From: an uncultured beta proteobacterium | GTDB lineage: Bacteria; Pseudomonadota; Gammaproteobacteria; Burkholderiales; Casimicrobiaceae | Reading direction: 5' to 3' | DNA: 64,000 bases | NCBI GenBank assembly: GCA_963840945.1 | Contig: CAWJAU010000007.1 | Span: 21,648 to 85,647, forward strand | Shown: one piece after another, positions 15,002-24,100 of the stretch | Position numbering within the stretch: position 1 is the first letter of the stretch | How the letters are laid out: every line of letters starts with the position of its first letter | Position numbers and translations under genes: made by a program | Notes under the pieces: generated by a model | Seen by the model: the letters and a program-made list of their open reading frames with translations, nothing else | Database searches by the model: none | What the model was told of the DNA's origin: nothing

Positions 15002-15149
15002 TCAAGCGGTCTTCGTCATGTGGGCCAACGACGAGATCGAAGACGATGCCTTTCTTCGAATCGAAGAGGAATTGGACTGGATCGAGATGGCTCGCGGTCA
15101 AGACGGGCGATAGACTCCGCTCGATGACTCAATCTGAGGGGCAATTCAG

Positions 15150-15881
15150 CTACGCTGCCCGGGTCAGCGGCACGACACGGTGCCGATGCAGGCCGCACTC
15201 CTTGTGCTCCGGTGCCTCCCACCACCAGCGGCCTGAGCGCGCGTCCTCGCCAGGTTGCACCGGACGCGTGCATGGCGCACAACCGATACTCGGATAGCCG
15301 CGATCGTGCAGCGCGTTGTACGGAACGTCGTGAGTGCGGATATAGGTCCAGATGTCGTCGTCAGGCCATTCTGCGAGGGGATTGAATTTCGGCAGCGCGT
15401 GATCCGCATCGAACTCCTCGACTGCCACCGTCCGACGCGTAACTGATTGTTCGCGGCGCAGCCCGGTAATCCACGCGCCCTTGCCGGCAAGCGCGCGGGC
15501 GAGCGGTTCGATCTTGCGGACTGCGCAGCACGCCTTGCGCAATTCCACGCTGGCACGAAACGGATTGACCCCATGCTGGCGCACGTAATTCTGCAGGAGC
15601 AGGCTGTCCGGCGCGTACACGTCGATCGGGAGACCGTAGCGCTGGCGCGTGCGATCGATCAGCGCGTATGTCTCCTCGGGCAGGCGACCGGTGTCGAGCG
15701 TAAAAATGCGAATCGGTAGCGCATGCCGCGCGATCAGGTCGATCAGCACCATGCCTTCGGCGCCAAAGCCCGTGCCGAACACGGCCGGTGCATGACGGGT
15801 AGCGATGTCGCGCAGCAGTAGGACCACCCCGGCGACTTGCCCCTCGATGCCCTCGTCAAAATTCTCGCTCCAGCTGTGCAT
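15150..15881 (-). CDS. cysH: Phosphoadenylyl-sulfate (APS/PAPS) reductase
   Basis: 'TLDTGRLPEETY', 'KACCAVRKIEPL', 'GLRREQS..R', 'GYPSIGCAPCTR' and C-terminal 'ECGLH'. The CC..CxxC cysteines indicate the Fe-S (APS reductase) type. Confidence 0.92.
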   Translation of the reverse strand: MHSWSENFDEGIEGQVAGVVLLLRDIATRHAPAVFGTGFGAEGMVLIDLIARHALPIRIFTLDTGRLPEETYALIDRTRQRYGLPIDVYAPDSLLLQNYVRQHGVNPFRASVELRKACCAVRKIEPLARALAGKGAWITGLRREQSVTRRTVAVEEFDADHALPKFNPLAEWPDDDIWTYIRTHDVPYNALHDRGYPSIGCAPCTRPVQPGEDARSGRWWWEAPEHKECGLHRHRVVPLTRAA

Positions 15882-16122
15882 ACGCGTGCCCGCTTATAAT
15901 CAAAAGCATACACTAACTCGGCACGGTTATAATTGAAAAGAATAACTAGACATGACTAAGGTATTGCCGGCTATAACTTTCGGGGCCGCTGTCGATAATG
16001 TTCACCCCACGACGCGAACGCTGGTGGACGGGTTCATTTGACGGTCGAGGGGGAGTGAAACCGGACAGCCGTGCCATGATTTCGATCTATCGCGAATTTC
16101 CGTTTGACAGTCCCACCCGCTG
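15882..16122. promoter_or_regulatory. AT-rich divergent intergenic region (cysH / DUF3095 gene) with TATAAT-like boxes
   Basis: The stretch at 15893-15975 is sharply AT-richer than its surroundings. 'cTTATAATc' lies at 15893-15901 and 'gTTATAATt' at 15926-15935. T-N11-A-like dyads are typical of LysR/CysB-type operators. There is no experimental support. Confidence 0.35.
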
Positions 16123-17304
16123 ATGACGACGGTCAATTTCTATCACGATCTTCCGGTGCTGGAGTCCTTTGCCCAAGCCATCGAGACCGCCCGGCACGCA
16201 CAGGTGCCAATTGACTGGTGGATCGTCGTCGCCGATGTGATCGGCTCGACGAAGGCGATCGAATCGGGCGCCTACAAGAAGGTCAACACCGTCGGCGTGG
16301 CCTGTATCGCTGCGGTAGTCAACGTGGACCGAAGCGTCGAAATGCCGTTTGTGTTCGGGGGCGATGGCGCGACGTTCGCCGTGCCTGGCAGCTTGCTTGA
16401 GCGCGTCATCCCTGCGCTGCGAGAGGCCCAGCGCTTGTCGCGGGAGAGCTTCGACCTGGCCTTGCGCGTCGGCGTGGTCCAGGTTTCGAGCCTCCTCGAC
16501 AATGGCCTGCCGGTGCGACTGGCGAAGCTTCGCTTGTCACCGAACGTTACACAGCCGACCTTTTCCGGAGAAGGCTGGGAAGAAGCCGAGCGCATGGTCA
16601 AGGATCCGCTGGCCAACGGCGTGCTGCGCGTTCAAGAAGACGAAGGCCCATGCGAGGGCAGCTTCGAGGGTTTCGAATGCCGTTGGCAGGCTGTGCCGAG
16701 CTTCCACGATCACAAACTCGCGCTGTTGGTGGCTGCGGTGTCTGGCGACGCCGACGTGAAGCTGGCCACCTACCGCAAGCTGTCCGACAAGATCGCGAAT
16801 ATCTACGGCGACATCTCCAGCTACCATCCGCTGCGCGCCGAGCACATGCGCCTGTCGTTCAATCCGCGCCAACTCGGCCACGAGTGGCGCGTACGTTCGA
16901 GCCGGCTCAGTCTTTGGGGGCGGGTCAAGTATTTCGCACGGATGGTGTTCCTCAACCTGGCAGGCGTCTACCTGTTCGCACGCAAGATGGACACGAAGGC
17001 CGTGCGCTGGAGTCGCTATACCGACGAGATGGTGGAAAACACGGATTTTCGCAAGTTCGACGGGATGCTACGCATGGTGATGGACGGCAGTGAAGCGCAG
17101 TACCGGGACCTGCGCGAGTACCTCGAGGGGCAGCACCGCGAAGGCCGGCTGGTCTACGGCACGCACAGATCACGCGAAGCACTGTTGACCTGCATCGTGT
17201 TCTCCTACAACGGAAATCACGTGCACTTTGTCGACGGCAGTGACGGTGGGTACGCGATTGCCGCGCGCGGCCTCAAGGCGCAGCTCAAATCGCTCAGAGC
17301 CTGA
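16123..17304 (+). CDS. DUF3095-like protein (nucleotidyl-cyclase-fold N-terminus), tentative family assignment
   Basis: Intact 393-aa ORF. 'WWIVVADVIGSTKAIESGAYKKVNTVGVACIAAVVN..FVFGGDGATFAVP' has the cyclase-like beta-alpha-beta pattern I associate with DUF3095. Confidence 0.65.
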   Translation: MTTVNFYHDLPVLESFAQAIETARHAQVPIDWWIVVADVIGSTKAIESGAYKKVNTVGVACIAAVVNVDRSVEMPFVFGGDGATFAVPGSLLERVIPALREAQRLSRESFDLALRVGVVQVSSLLDNGLPVRLAKLRLSPNVTQPTFSGEGWEEAERMVKDPLANGVLRVQEDEGPCEGSFEGFECRWQAVPSFHDHKLALLVAAVSGDADVKLATYRKLSDKIANIYGDISSYHPLRAEHMRLSFNPRQLGHEWRVRSSRLSLWGRVKYFARMVFLNLAGVYLFARKMDTKAVRWSRYTDEMVENTDFRKFDGMLRMVMDGSEAQYRDLREYLEGQHREGRLVYGTHRSREALLTCIVFSYNGNHVHFVDGSDGGYAIAARGLKAQLKSLRA

Positions 17305-18085
17305 TCCTCGTCACAACCCGAGGAGCTGTGGCAGCGCAGTCCCAATCGGACTCGCGTATCACCGCATCCGCCATGCCATCAAACGGTGTCTCCTCAGCAT
17401 TCAGTATCACGATCCTCGCGCCAGCTGCGCTCGCGATTTCCACTGCGCTTGCGATCGGGTAAACGTGCAGGCTGGTGCCGATTGCAAGAAACAGGTCCGC
17501 TTCCGCCGCAGAACGCAAGGCGCGATCGATCACTTCGGGCACCAACGGCTGCCCAAAGGAAATGGTGGCGCTCTTGAGAATGCCGCCGCATTGGCGGCAT
17601 GGTGGATCGTCCTCGCCGGCGCGAACTCGGTCCAGCGCCTTCTGCATCGGTGCGGTCATCCCGCAAGCCATGCACACAACCTTGCGCACGGTGCCGTGGA
17701 CTTCGATGACCTTGCCCGGCGAGTTGCCCGCCATCTGATGGAGCTCGTCGATGTTCTGCGTGATGAGCACATGCAGCTTGCCGCGCTTCTCCAGCGCCGC
17801 GAGCGCGAGATGCCCGGCGTTCGGTTTAGCGGACCAGGCGGGATGGTCAAGCCGAGCCTTCCAGGACGCCTTGCGCACTTCCGGATCGGACATGTAGTAG
17901 CGGATATTCGAAAGCTTCTCGGCCAGTGGATTTTTCGTCCACACACCCTGCGGTCCGCGGAAATCCGGAATCCCCGATTCGGTCGAGATGCCGGCGCCGG
18001 TGAGCACGACTATCCGCGTCGCATCATCGACCCAGCCTCTTGCTTGATCGATGCTTGCTTTGCTGGCCGGCGGACTGTTTGGCAT
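17294..18085 (-). CDS. NAD-dependent protein deacylase (Sir2/CobB family)
   Basis: 'VVLTGAGISTESGIPDFRGPQGVW', 'ITQNIDELH', 'VHGT', Zn ribbon 'CMACG..CRQCGG', and 'AIGTSLHVYP'. The start is placed at Met 34 of ORF 17294..18184. The ORF start at 18184 would overlap the small ORF upstream. The 3' end overlaps the convergent DUF3095 gene by 11 nt. Confidence 0.88.
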   Translation of the reverse strand: MPNSPPASKASIDQARGWVDDATRIVVLTGAGISTESGIPDFRGPQGVWTKNPLAEKLSNIRYYMSDPEVRKASWKARLDHPAWSAKPNAGHLALAALEKRGKLHVLITQNIDELHQMAGNSPGKVIEVHGTVRKVVCMACGMTAPMQKALDRVRAGEDDPPCRQCGGILKSATISFGQPLVPEVIDRALRSAAEADLFLAIGTSLHVYPIASAVEIASAAGARIVILNAEETPFDGMADAVIRESDWDCAATAPRVVTRIRL

Positions 18086-18138
18086 CTTGGGTTCCTGTGC
18101 GTCGATTGCATTCCCAGTGGGATCGTGCGGCGAATAGT

Positions 18139-18410
18139 TCAGTCCACCAAGTGCCGTGGAAAGTCGAGCATGCTGATCGGCCAAATCAAGGAACCGACCC
18201 TGATTCGTCTGGCGTTCCTCGCGCTTTGCGCCTCGCCGTGCTGATCGAGGCCGCGGTCATGCGGGCCGAGGATTTCGAACCGGGATTCAAGGCGCACGCG
18301 GTGGCCGTGGACAGGGACGTCGCGAGCGTAACACTGGGGCAGCGGTTGAGTGTATCGGGCGTCCCCGGGCTGCTCCATGACCCAGGCATCGCCTTTCATC
18401 GAACCGTCAT
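18139..18410 (-). pseudogene. Small hypothetical protein, diverged tandem paralog of 18489..18839 with a 1-nt gap after codon 4
   Basis: 'ATGACGGTTCGATGAAAGGCGATGCCTGGGTCATGGAGCA' versus the paralog's 'ATGACGGTTCGGTGCGAAGGCGACTCGTGGGTCATGGAGCA'. The reading continues as 'KGDAWVMEQPGDARY..' in ORF 18139..18399. The upstream leader is conserved. Confidence 0.35.
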
Positions 18411-18488
18411 CATGCCCTCACGCCATCGTTGATGACGAATGTATAGGCTGCCCACGTTGCCGGCAGACGACGTTGTGCGGCTCAGGTT

Positions 18489-18839
18489 CTAGCGGCGCTC
18501 GCTACCAACGTTCCGAAGCGACTTGCGAACCCGAACGGGCAACCTGCTCATGATCGGCGGGTTGCGGTATATCCCGTTGGCAACGTCGGCGGCGAACTGC
18601 GCCACCCAGGTTTCGCCGGGGCCGCCCAGGTAGATCCCGCGGTTCCCCGTGACGGTGTTCGTTACCCGGACCGCGTAATGCGATCCCCAGCCCCTGTCGA
18701 GGCCACCAAGCCGCCCGCGACGGACATGCAAGGTGAAGTCCTCATGCCTGAGACCGAGGCGACTGAGCTCGGCCTCGAAGTCTTGCTTTTCACCGACTTG
18801 CTCCATGACCCACGAGTCGCCTTCGCACCGAACCGTCAT
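18489..18839 (-). CDS. Small hypothetical protein (116 aa)
   Basis: 'gagggagcg' RBS, then ATG (cat at 18837-18839). It encodes 'MTVRCEGDSWVMEQVGEKQDFEAELSRLGLRHEDFTLHVRR..YAVRVTNTVTGNRGIYLGGPGETWVAQFAADVANGIY'. I do not recognise a family. Confidence 0.5.
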   Translation of the reverse strand: MTVRCEGDSWVMEQVGEKQDFEAELSRLGLRHEDFTLHVRRGRLGGLDRGWGSHYAVRVTNTVTGNRGIYLGGPGETWVAQFAADVANGIYRNPPIMSRLPVRVRKSLRNVGSERR

Positions 18840-18903
18840 CGCTCCCTCGCGCGTACATCGATACCGAATGTATACGCCGCCCATGTTGCAGGCGTATGAC
18901 GCT

Positions 18904-21157
18904 TCAGGCCCGCCGACTTCTCGACTCGGTGTGCACGCCAGCGAGGTTGCTAAGGCACAACCCGAGCATGACGTTGGTAAGCGGCGCCTTGCGTAGCAGC
19001 GTGATGGTTTCGCGGATGCCGGAAAGCGCGGCGTCGAGGTCGCCAAGCGCCCATGCGATGTCGCCAAGTTGGGCCAGCGTGTAAAGAGCGTAACGCTCGG
19101 CCCCGGCGTTGCGATAAAGCAGCAGTGCTTTCTCCAAATCCGCCCTGGCATTGACCGGATCGCCCGTGAGCGCCTTCAACACGCCGGAATAGTCGAAATA
19201 GTCGCCCAGGGCCTTTGGCAGTCCCGCGTTTTCCAGCAGCGGAAACGCCTCCGCGAGAACCGAGGCGGCGCGATCGAATCGACCCGCGATCGCCTCCTCG
19301 TGCCCGAGACGCGCAAGCGCAAAGCCGAGGTTTCGCGCGTCACCTAACCGACGGTAGAGGTCGCTTGCACGCTCCAATGCCGGCACTGCCCGGTCTGGCG
19401 CAGCGAGCGCCCAATTCAACCCGAGCCAGAGCCACAGCCGCGCCTCATCCGACGCCGGCGTGTCGGCATCGATTTGCGTGGCGGCGGCTTCGAGCCGCCG
19501 GTGACCCTCGCCGTAGAGTGATAGCTCCGTCCAAATCGGCCCGGAGGCACCCGCGAGCGCCACGCCGATGCCCCGATCGCCGCCTGATCCAAGCGCCCAG
19601 TTCAGCGCAGCGCGAACATTGTCGCGCTCAGGTAAGTAGGTGGCGCGCCAATCCGCATCCGGGATGCACAACCAATCGTCGGCCGCCCGGGCGACCCTGT
19701 CGCAAAAAAACTGCGCGTGCCGCCGGTCGATGCGATCGTTCTCCCCGGTCGCGGCGAGCTTCTCCAGAGCGTAGGTCCGGGTGGTTTCGAGCAGCCGGTA
19801 TCGATTCCCCGTGGCGTTCGCCTCGGCGACGACCAGCGACCGGGCGACCAGGTGCGAAATGAGGTCAATCACCGCGAATTCGTCCAATGCTTCGTCGGAA
19901 GCGACGATCGATGCCGCCGCGAGCGTGAATCCACTGGCAAATATTCCGAGCCGATTGAGGACCGCGCGCTCGTGGTGGGCGAGCAATTCGTAGCTCCAAT
20001 CGAGAGTGGCGCGCAGCGTTTGCTGACGCGGAAGTGCGGAGCGACTCCCTCCGGTGAGCAGCTTGAAGCGGTCCTTCAGACGGACGTTGATCTCGTCGAC
20101 CGACAACGAGTGAACGCGCGCGGCAGCCAGTTCCAGCGCCAACGGGATGCCGTCCAGGTGGGTGCAAATGGATGTGATCGCCGGTACCTGGCGCTCGGTC
20201 AACACAAAGCCGGGGTCTTGCAAGCGGACGCGCTCGACGAACATCTGCGCGGCCTCCGAGCGCGCGAGCGACTCCAGATCGCCATCAGGAACGGGGAGGG
20301 ACAATGGCGGCACCGGATAGATTTGTTCGCCGGCAACTTGAAGCTGCTCACGGCTGCTGGCAAGGACGCGGATCTCCGGCGCTGCCACCAACAGCGCGGC
20401 GGCGAGGGCGGCACAGGCATCGATCAGGTGCTCGCAATTGTCGAGCAGCAAAAGCAGGCGCCGGGATTTGAGATGACTGCCGAGCGTTTGCGTAAGGTCG
20501 ATACCGGCCCGTTCCCGAACCCCAAGTACCTGCGCGAGCGCGCTTGGCACCAGCGATGAGTCCGTGATGGACCCGAGCTCGACGAACCATACGCCGTCGG
20601 GATAGGCATCGTGTGTGTCTGCCGCCACCTGAAGAGCGAGGCGGGTCTTGCCGATGCCGCCGACGCCCACCATTGTCAGAAGTCTGCAGCGCGCCAGGAG
20701 TCGCTTGGCCTCGGCGAGTTTCGCGCCCGCGTCCGACAAACGACGAAATCTGCTGCGGGAGGTTGTTGGGCGTCGCTTCGAGCGAACGCAGTGCCGGAAA
20801 ATCCTGTCGCAGTTGCGGGTGGACGAGCTGGTAGACGCGCTCGGGGACCGCCAAGTCCTTGAGGCGCACGCGACCGAGATCACGCAGCGAGCTTGATACC
20901 GGCAGGTGCCCGCGGATGCGATTGACGACGACCTCCGAGAGCAATATCTGCCCGCCGTGGGCTGCGCCCATGACCCGCGCCGCGCGATTGACGGCATCGC
21001 CAAAGTAGTCGTCGTCGCGCCGCTCAACTGCGCCGAGATGCAGCCCGCAGCGCACTCGCAGTTCCAATCCATCCGTATTGTCCGAATCGGCGAGCCCGCA
21101 CTGGATTGCCAAAGCGGCGCCGAGAGCGGCAACCGGGTCATCGAAGGCGGCATACAC
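18904..21157 (-). pseudogene. Cyclase-domain / NB-ARC-like STAND ATPase / TPR protein, lacking its N-terminal ~60 codons, one frame disruption near 20720
   Basis: It begins mid-way through a class III cyclase domain ('VYAAFDDPVAALGAALAIQ..RVRCGLHLGAVE..YFGDAVNRAARV'). Then 'NNLPQQISSFVGRGRE' shifts frame at an AAA run into 'LAEAKRLLARCRLLTMVGVGGIGKTRLALQVA..LLLLDNCEHL' (P-loop NTPase) and C-terminal TPR-like repeats. Weak homology ('FDEMTG') extends upstream to 21179 in a third frame. Confidence 0.8.
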
Positions 21158-21174
21158 GCCGGCCGGTCATCTCG

Positions 21175-24100
21175 TCAAATTGCCCCAACCCCCACCTCGT
21201 ATAACGTATCGGACGCCGCTTGTCGTTGCAGCAGTTCGGCGACTTGCTCGAAGGTCACTGGCTTGCTGACGAGATAGCCCTGCAGTTCGTCGCAACCCAG
21301 CCGCTTCAGCGCCGCGGCTTGCTCTTCGGTTTCCACTCCTTCGGCAACGACGGTCAGCCCCAGCGAGTGCGCGAGCGAGATCATCGTCGTGACCACGGTA
21401 ATGATGCTGCTTTCTTGCGACATCCTGGCGATGAACGTGACGTCTATCTTGAGGACCTGCACCGGCAGCCGCGCGAGGTAACTCAGCGACGAATAACCAG
21501 TGCCGAAATCGTCGATCGCGATCTTGACGCCGAGATCATGGATGGCGCGGAGCTTGCTGACATTGGTCTCGACGTCCTTCATGATCACGCTCTCGGTGAT
21601 CTCGATGTCGAGGGGCGATTCCGTCCGCGAAGGGGATGCGGCGAGCGCGTCCCTGACCAGATCGACAAAGTCGCGCTGCCGCAACTGGACGGCCGATACG
21701 TTGACTGCCACGCGCGGCGCTGCGAGTCCTCGTGCCACCCACCGGGAGTGATCGGCGATCGCGCGGCCGATGGCCCATGCGCCGACCTCCAGGATCATGC
21801 CGGTTTCTTCGAGCAGCGGTACGAATGTCGCCGGGAGCACGAGACCCGCGTACGGATCTTGCCAGCGCAGGAGAGCCTCCACGCCGGTCACCGCGAAATT
21901 GACCGCATCGACCTTCGGCTGGTAATACAGCACCAATTCTTCTCTTTCCAAGGCGCCTCGCAGGCGATTCTCCAGCGCGACCCGCTCGCCGACGCGTTCG
22001 GTCATGTACGGCACGTAGAAGAGAACGCGCTCACCGTCGACTTTCGCGTTCTTGAGCGCCGCCTCGGCGTTGCGGAACAACGCGTCCGCATCGCTGCCAT
22101 CAGCCGGATAGAGCGAGATGCCGAAGCGCGCAGCGATGTGCACTTCACTGTCGGCAAGCCGGAATGGCTGTGCCGTGCAGCGATCGAGATGTGCTTCGAT
22201 CCGTGTGTGCAAGGGATCGATGGCCCGGTCGTGCGGCAATGCGATCACGAAGCGATCCGACCCCAGTCGCGCGACCTGCTCCGGAGTGTCTGCGCAACTG
22301 AGCAGCCGTTTTCCAAACTCGACGAGGAGGAGATCGCCGCTCTCGCGCCCCAGCGCGTCGTTGAAGTTCTTGAAATGATCGAGATCCGCGACGCACAGCG
22401 CGAGAGTTTGTCCCTCGCGCTCCGCCTTGCGCAGCATGGCGGTCAAACGATCATGGAACAGTGACCGGTTGGCGAGGCCCGTCAGTGAATCATAGTAGGC
22501 GAGGAACGTGATCCGCTCTTCTTTCCGGATGTGATCAAGACCGAACGCGATATCGCCGGCGATCTCGTTCAGCAAATCGAGCTCCGCCGCATCGAACGAG
22601 TCCGGTTCGTCCATATACAAGCCCATGACACCGATGGCGCCGCCGTTCGCTAGGAGCGGCAGGAGCGCATACGCACGTATGCCGCGTTCCCGCACTGCTG
22701 CGAGCATCGGAATCTCCACGTCTGCGTGCTCGACATCGTTGACGACGAGAGGCGCCTGTGTGTCCAGGGTCGCGCGCAGGATGCCGTGCGTGGCAAAGAC
22801 ATCGCGCAGCAGGGTCGCATCGAGCTCCGCCAGGAAACCTGCGTCGGCGCCGTGCGAGGCCGCGAGACGCACGCCGGGTCCCGAGCGATCGACGATACCG
22901 ATCCAGGCGCATCGAAATCGGCCCATCACGATCGCCAGGCGGCAGGCCTCGTGGACAAGCTCCTGGTCGTCGCGCACACGCACAATGACCGAGTTGATGC
23001 TGGACAGCAGCGCATGAACGCGGTCGAGGCGCTGGATGCGCTCCGTGTCGAGCTTGCGCCCGGTGATGTCGAAAGCGATGCCTTCCATTCTGGCGGCCCT
23101 GCCATCGGGAGCGGGGTAGGCCCGGCCGCGCACCGCCAGCCAATGGATAGTCCCGTCAGGCCAGATGACGCGGAGCTCGGATTCGTAACTGACGCGATCC
23201 TTCAGCGCGCGGCGCAAAGCGGCGTCCGCAGCGTCGTGGTCAGCGGGGTGCAGCAATTCGAGGAATCGCGCCGGCGAGAACGCCGTCCCCGCCGCAAGCC
23301 CGCAAAGTGCGAGACATGCATCCGAGCATACAAGTCGCCGAGTGGACAGGTCGAGGTGCCAAGTGCCCAAGTGCGCACCGATGATGGCCAGTCGTAACCG
23401 CTCCTCCCCCTCGATCAGCGCAAGCTGTTCTCGGCGCTTGCTGATCACGATCGCTGCGCAGTGCGTCACCAGCGCAATCAGTTCCCGATGAAATTCGGAC
23501 GGGCGGCGCGGTTCGGTGAAATACAGCGCGAACGAGCCGAGGACCTCTTTGTCGGCGTCGAAGATCGGCGTCGACCACGCCGCCCGCAATCCGTGGCGCA
23601 GCGCAATATCGCGGTAGTCGGCCCAGAGCGGATCGCTTGCGATATCTTCGACGATCACAGGTTCGCGCCGAAACATGGCGGTCCCGCACGACCCGGCGCC
23701 CTCGCCGATCGATTCGCCGTCGATCGCGCGACAAAAGGCGACCGGCAGGCTGGGCGCGGCAAGGTGGTGCACATGCGTGCCATCGGCATCCAGCAGCAGG
23801 ATCGAACCGAGCATGCCCGGCGATTGCGCCTCGACGACGCGTAGCAGCGAATCGAGCGACTGCTCGAGCGGAGCGCCCGTGGCCACGAGTTCGTGCACCT
23901 GCGCCTGGCCGGCCACCAACGCTTCGTTGCGCTTCTGATCGGTGATGTCGACGTGCGAGCCCACAATTCGTGCCACCTTGCCGTGCGTTTCAACCTGGGC
24001 GCCCGCCTGTGCGAGGATCCATCGGTAGCTGCCGTCTTTGTGACGGAAGCGGAATTGGACTCGGCATTCATGCGGAGGGCTGTCGATGCATCCGCGCACT

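Noticed and set aside
15019-15113. A 31-codon acidic ORF ('MWANDEIEDDAFLRIEEELDWIEMARGQDGR') between the cytochrome gene and cysH.
   Set aside because: It is too short, has no RBS that I can point to, and belongs to no family I recognise. It could equally be the tail of a lost gene.
17294-21157. Sir2 protein next to a STAND NTPase, considered as a possible SIR2-type anti-phage defence pair.
   Set aside because: The Sir2 protein has the full housekeeping sirtuin signature (GAGISTESGIPDFRG, QNID, Zn-ribbon CxxC..CxxC), as in CobB-type deacylases. It is separated from the STAND gene by two other ORFs. The STAND gene itself is truncated and frame-broken.
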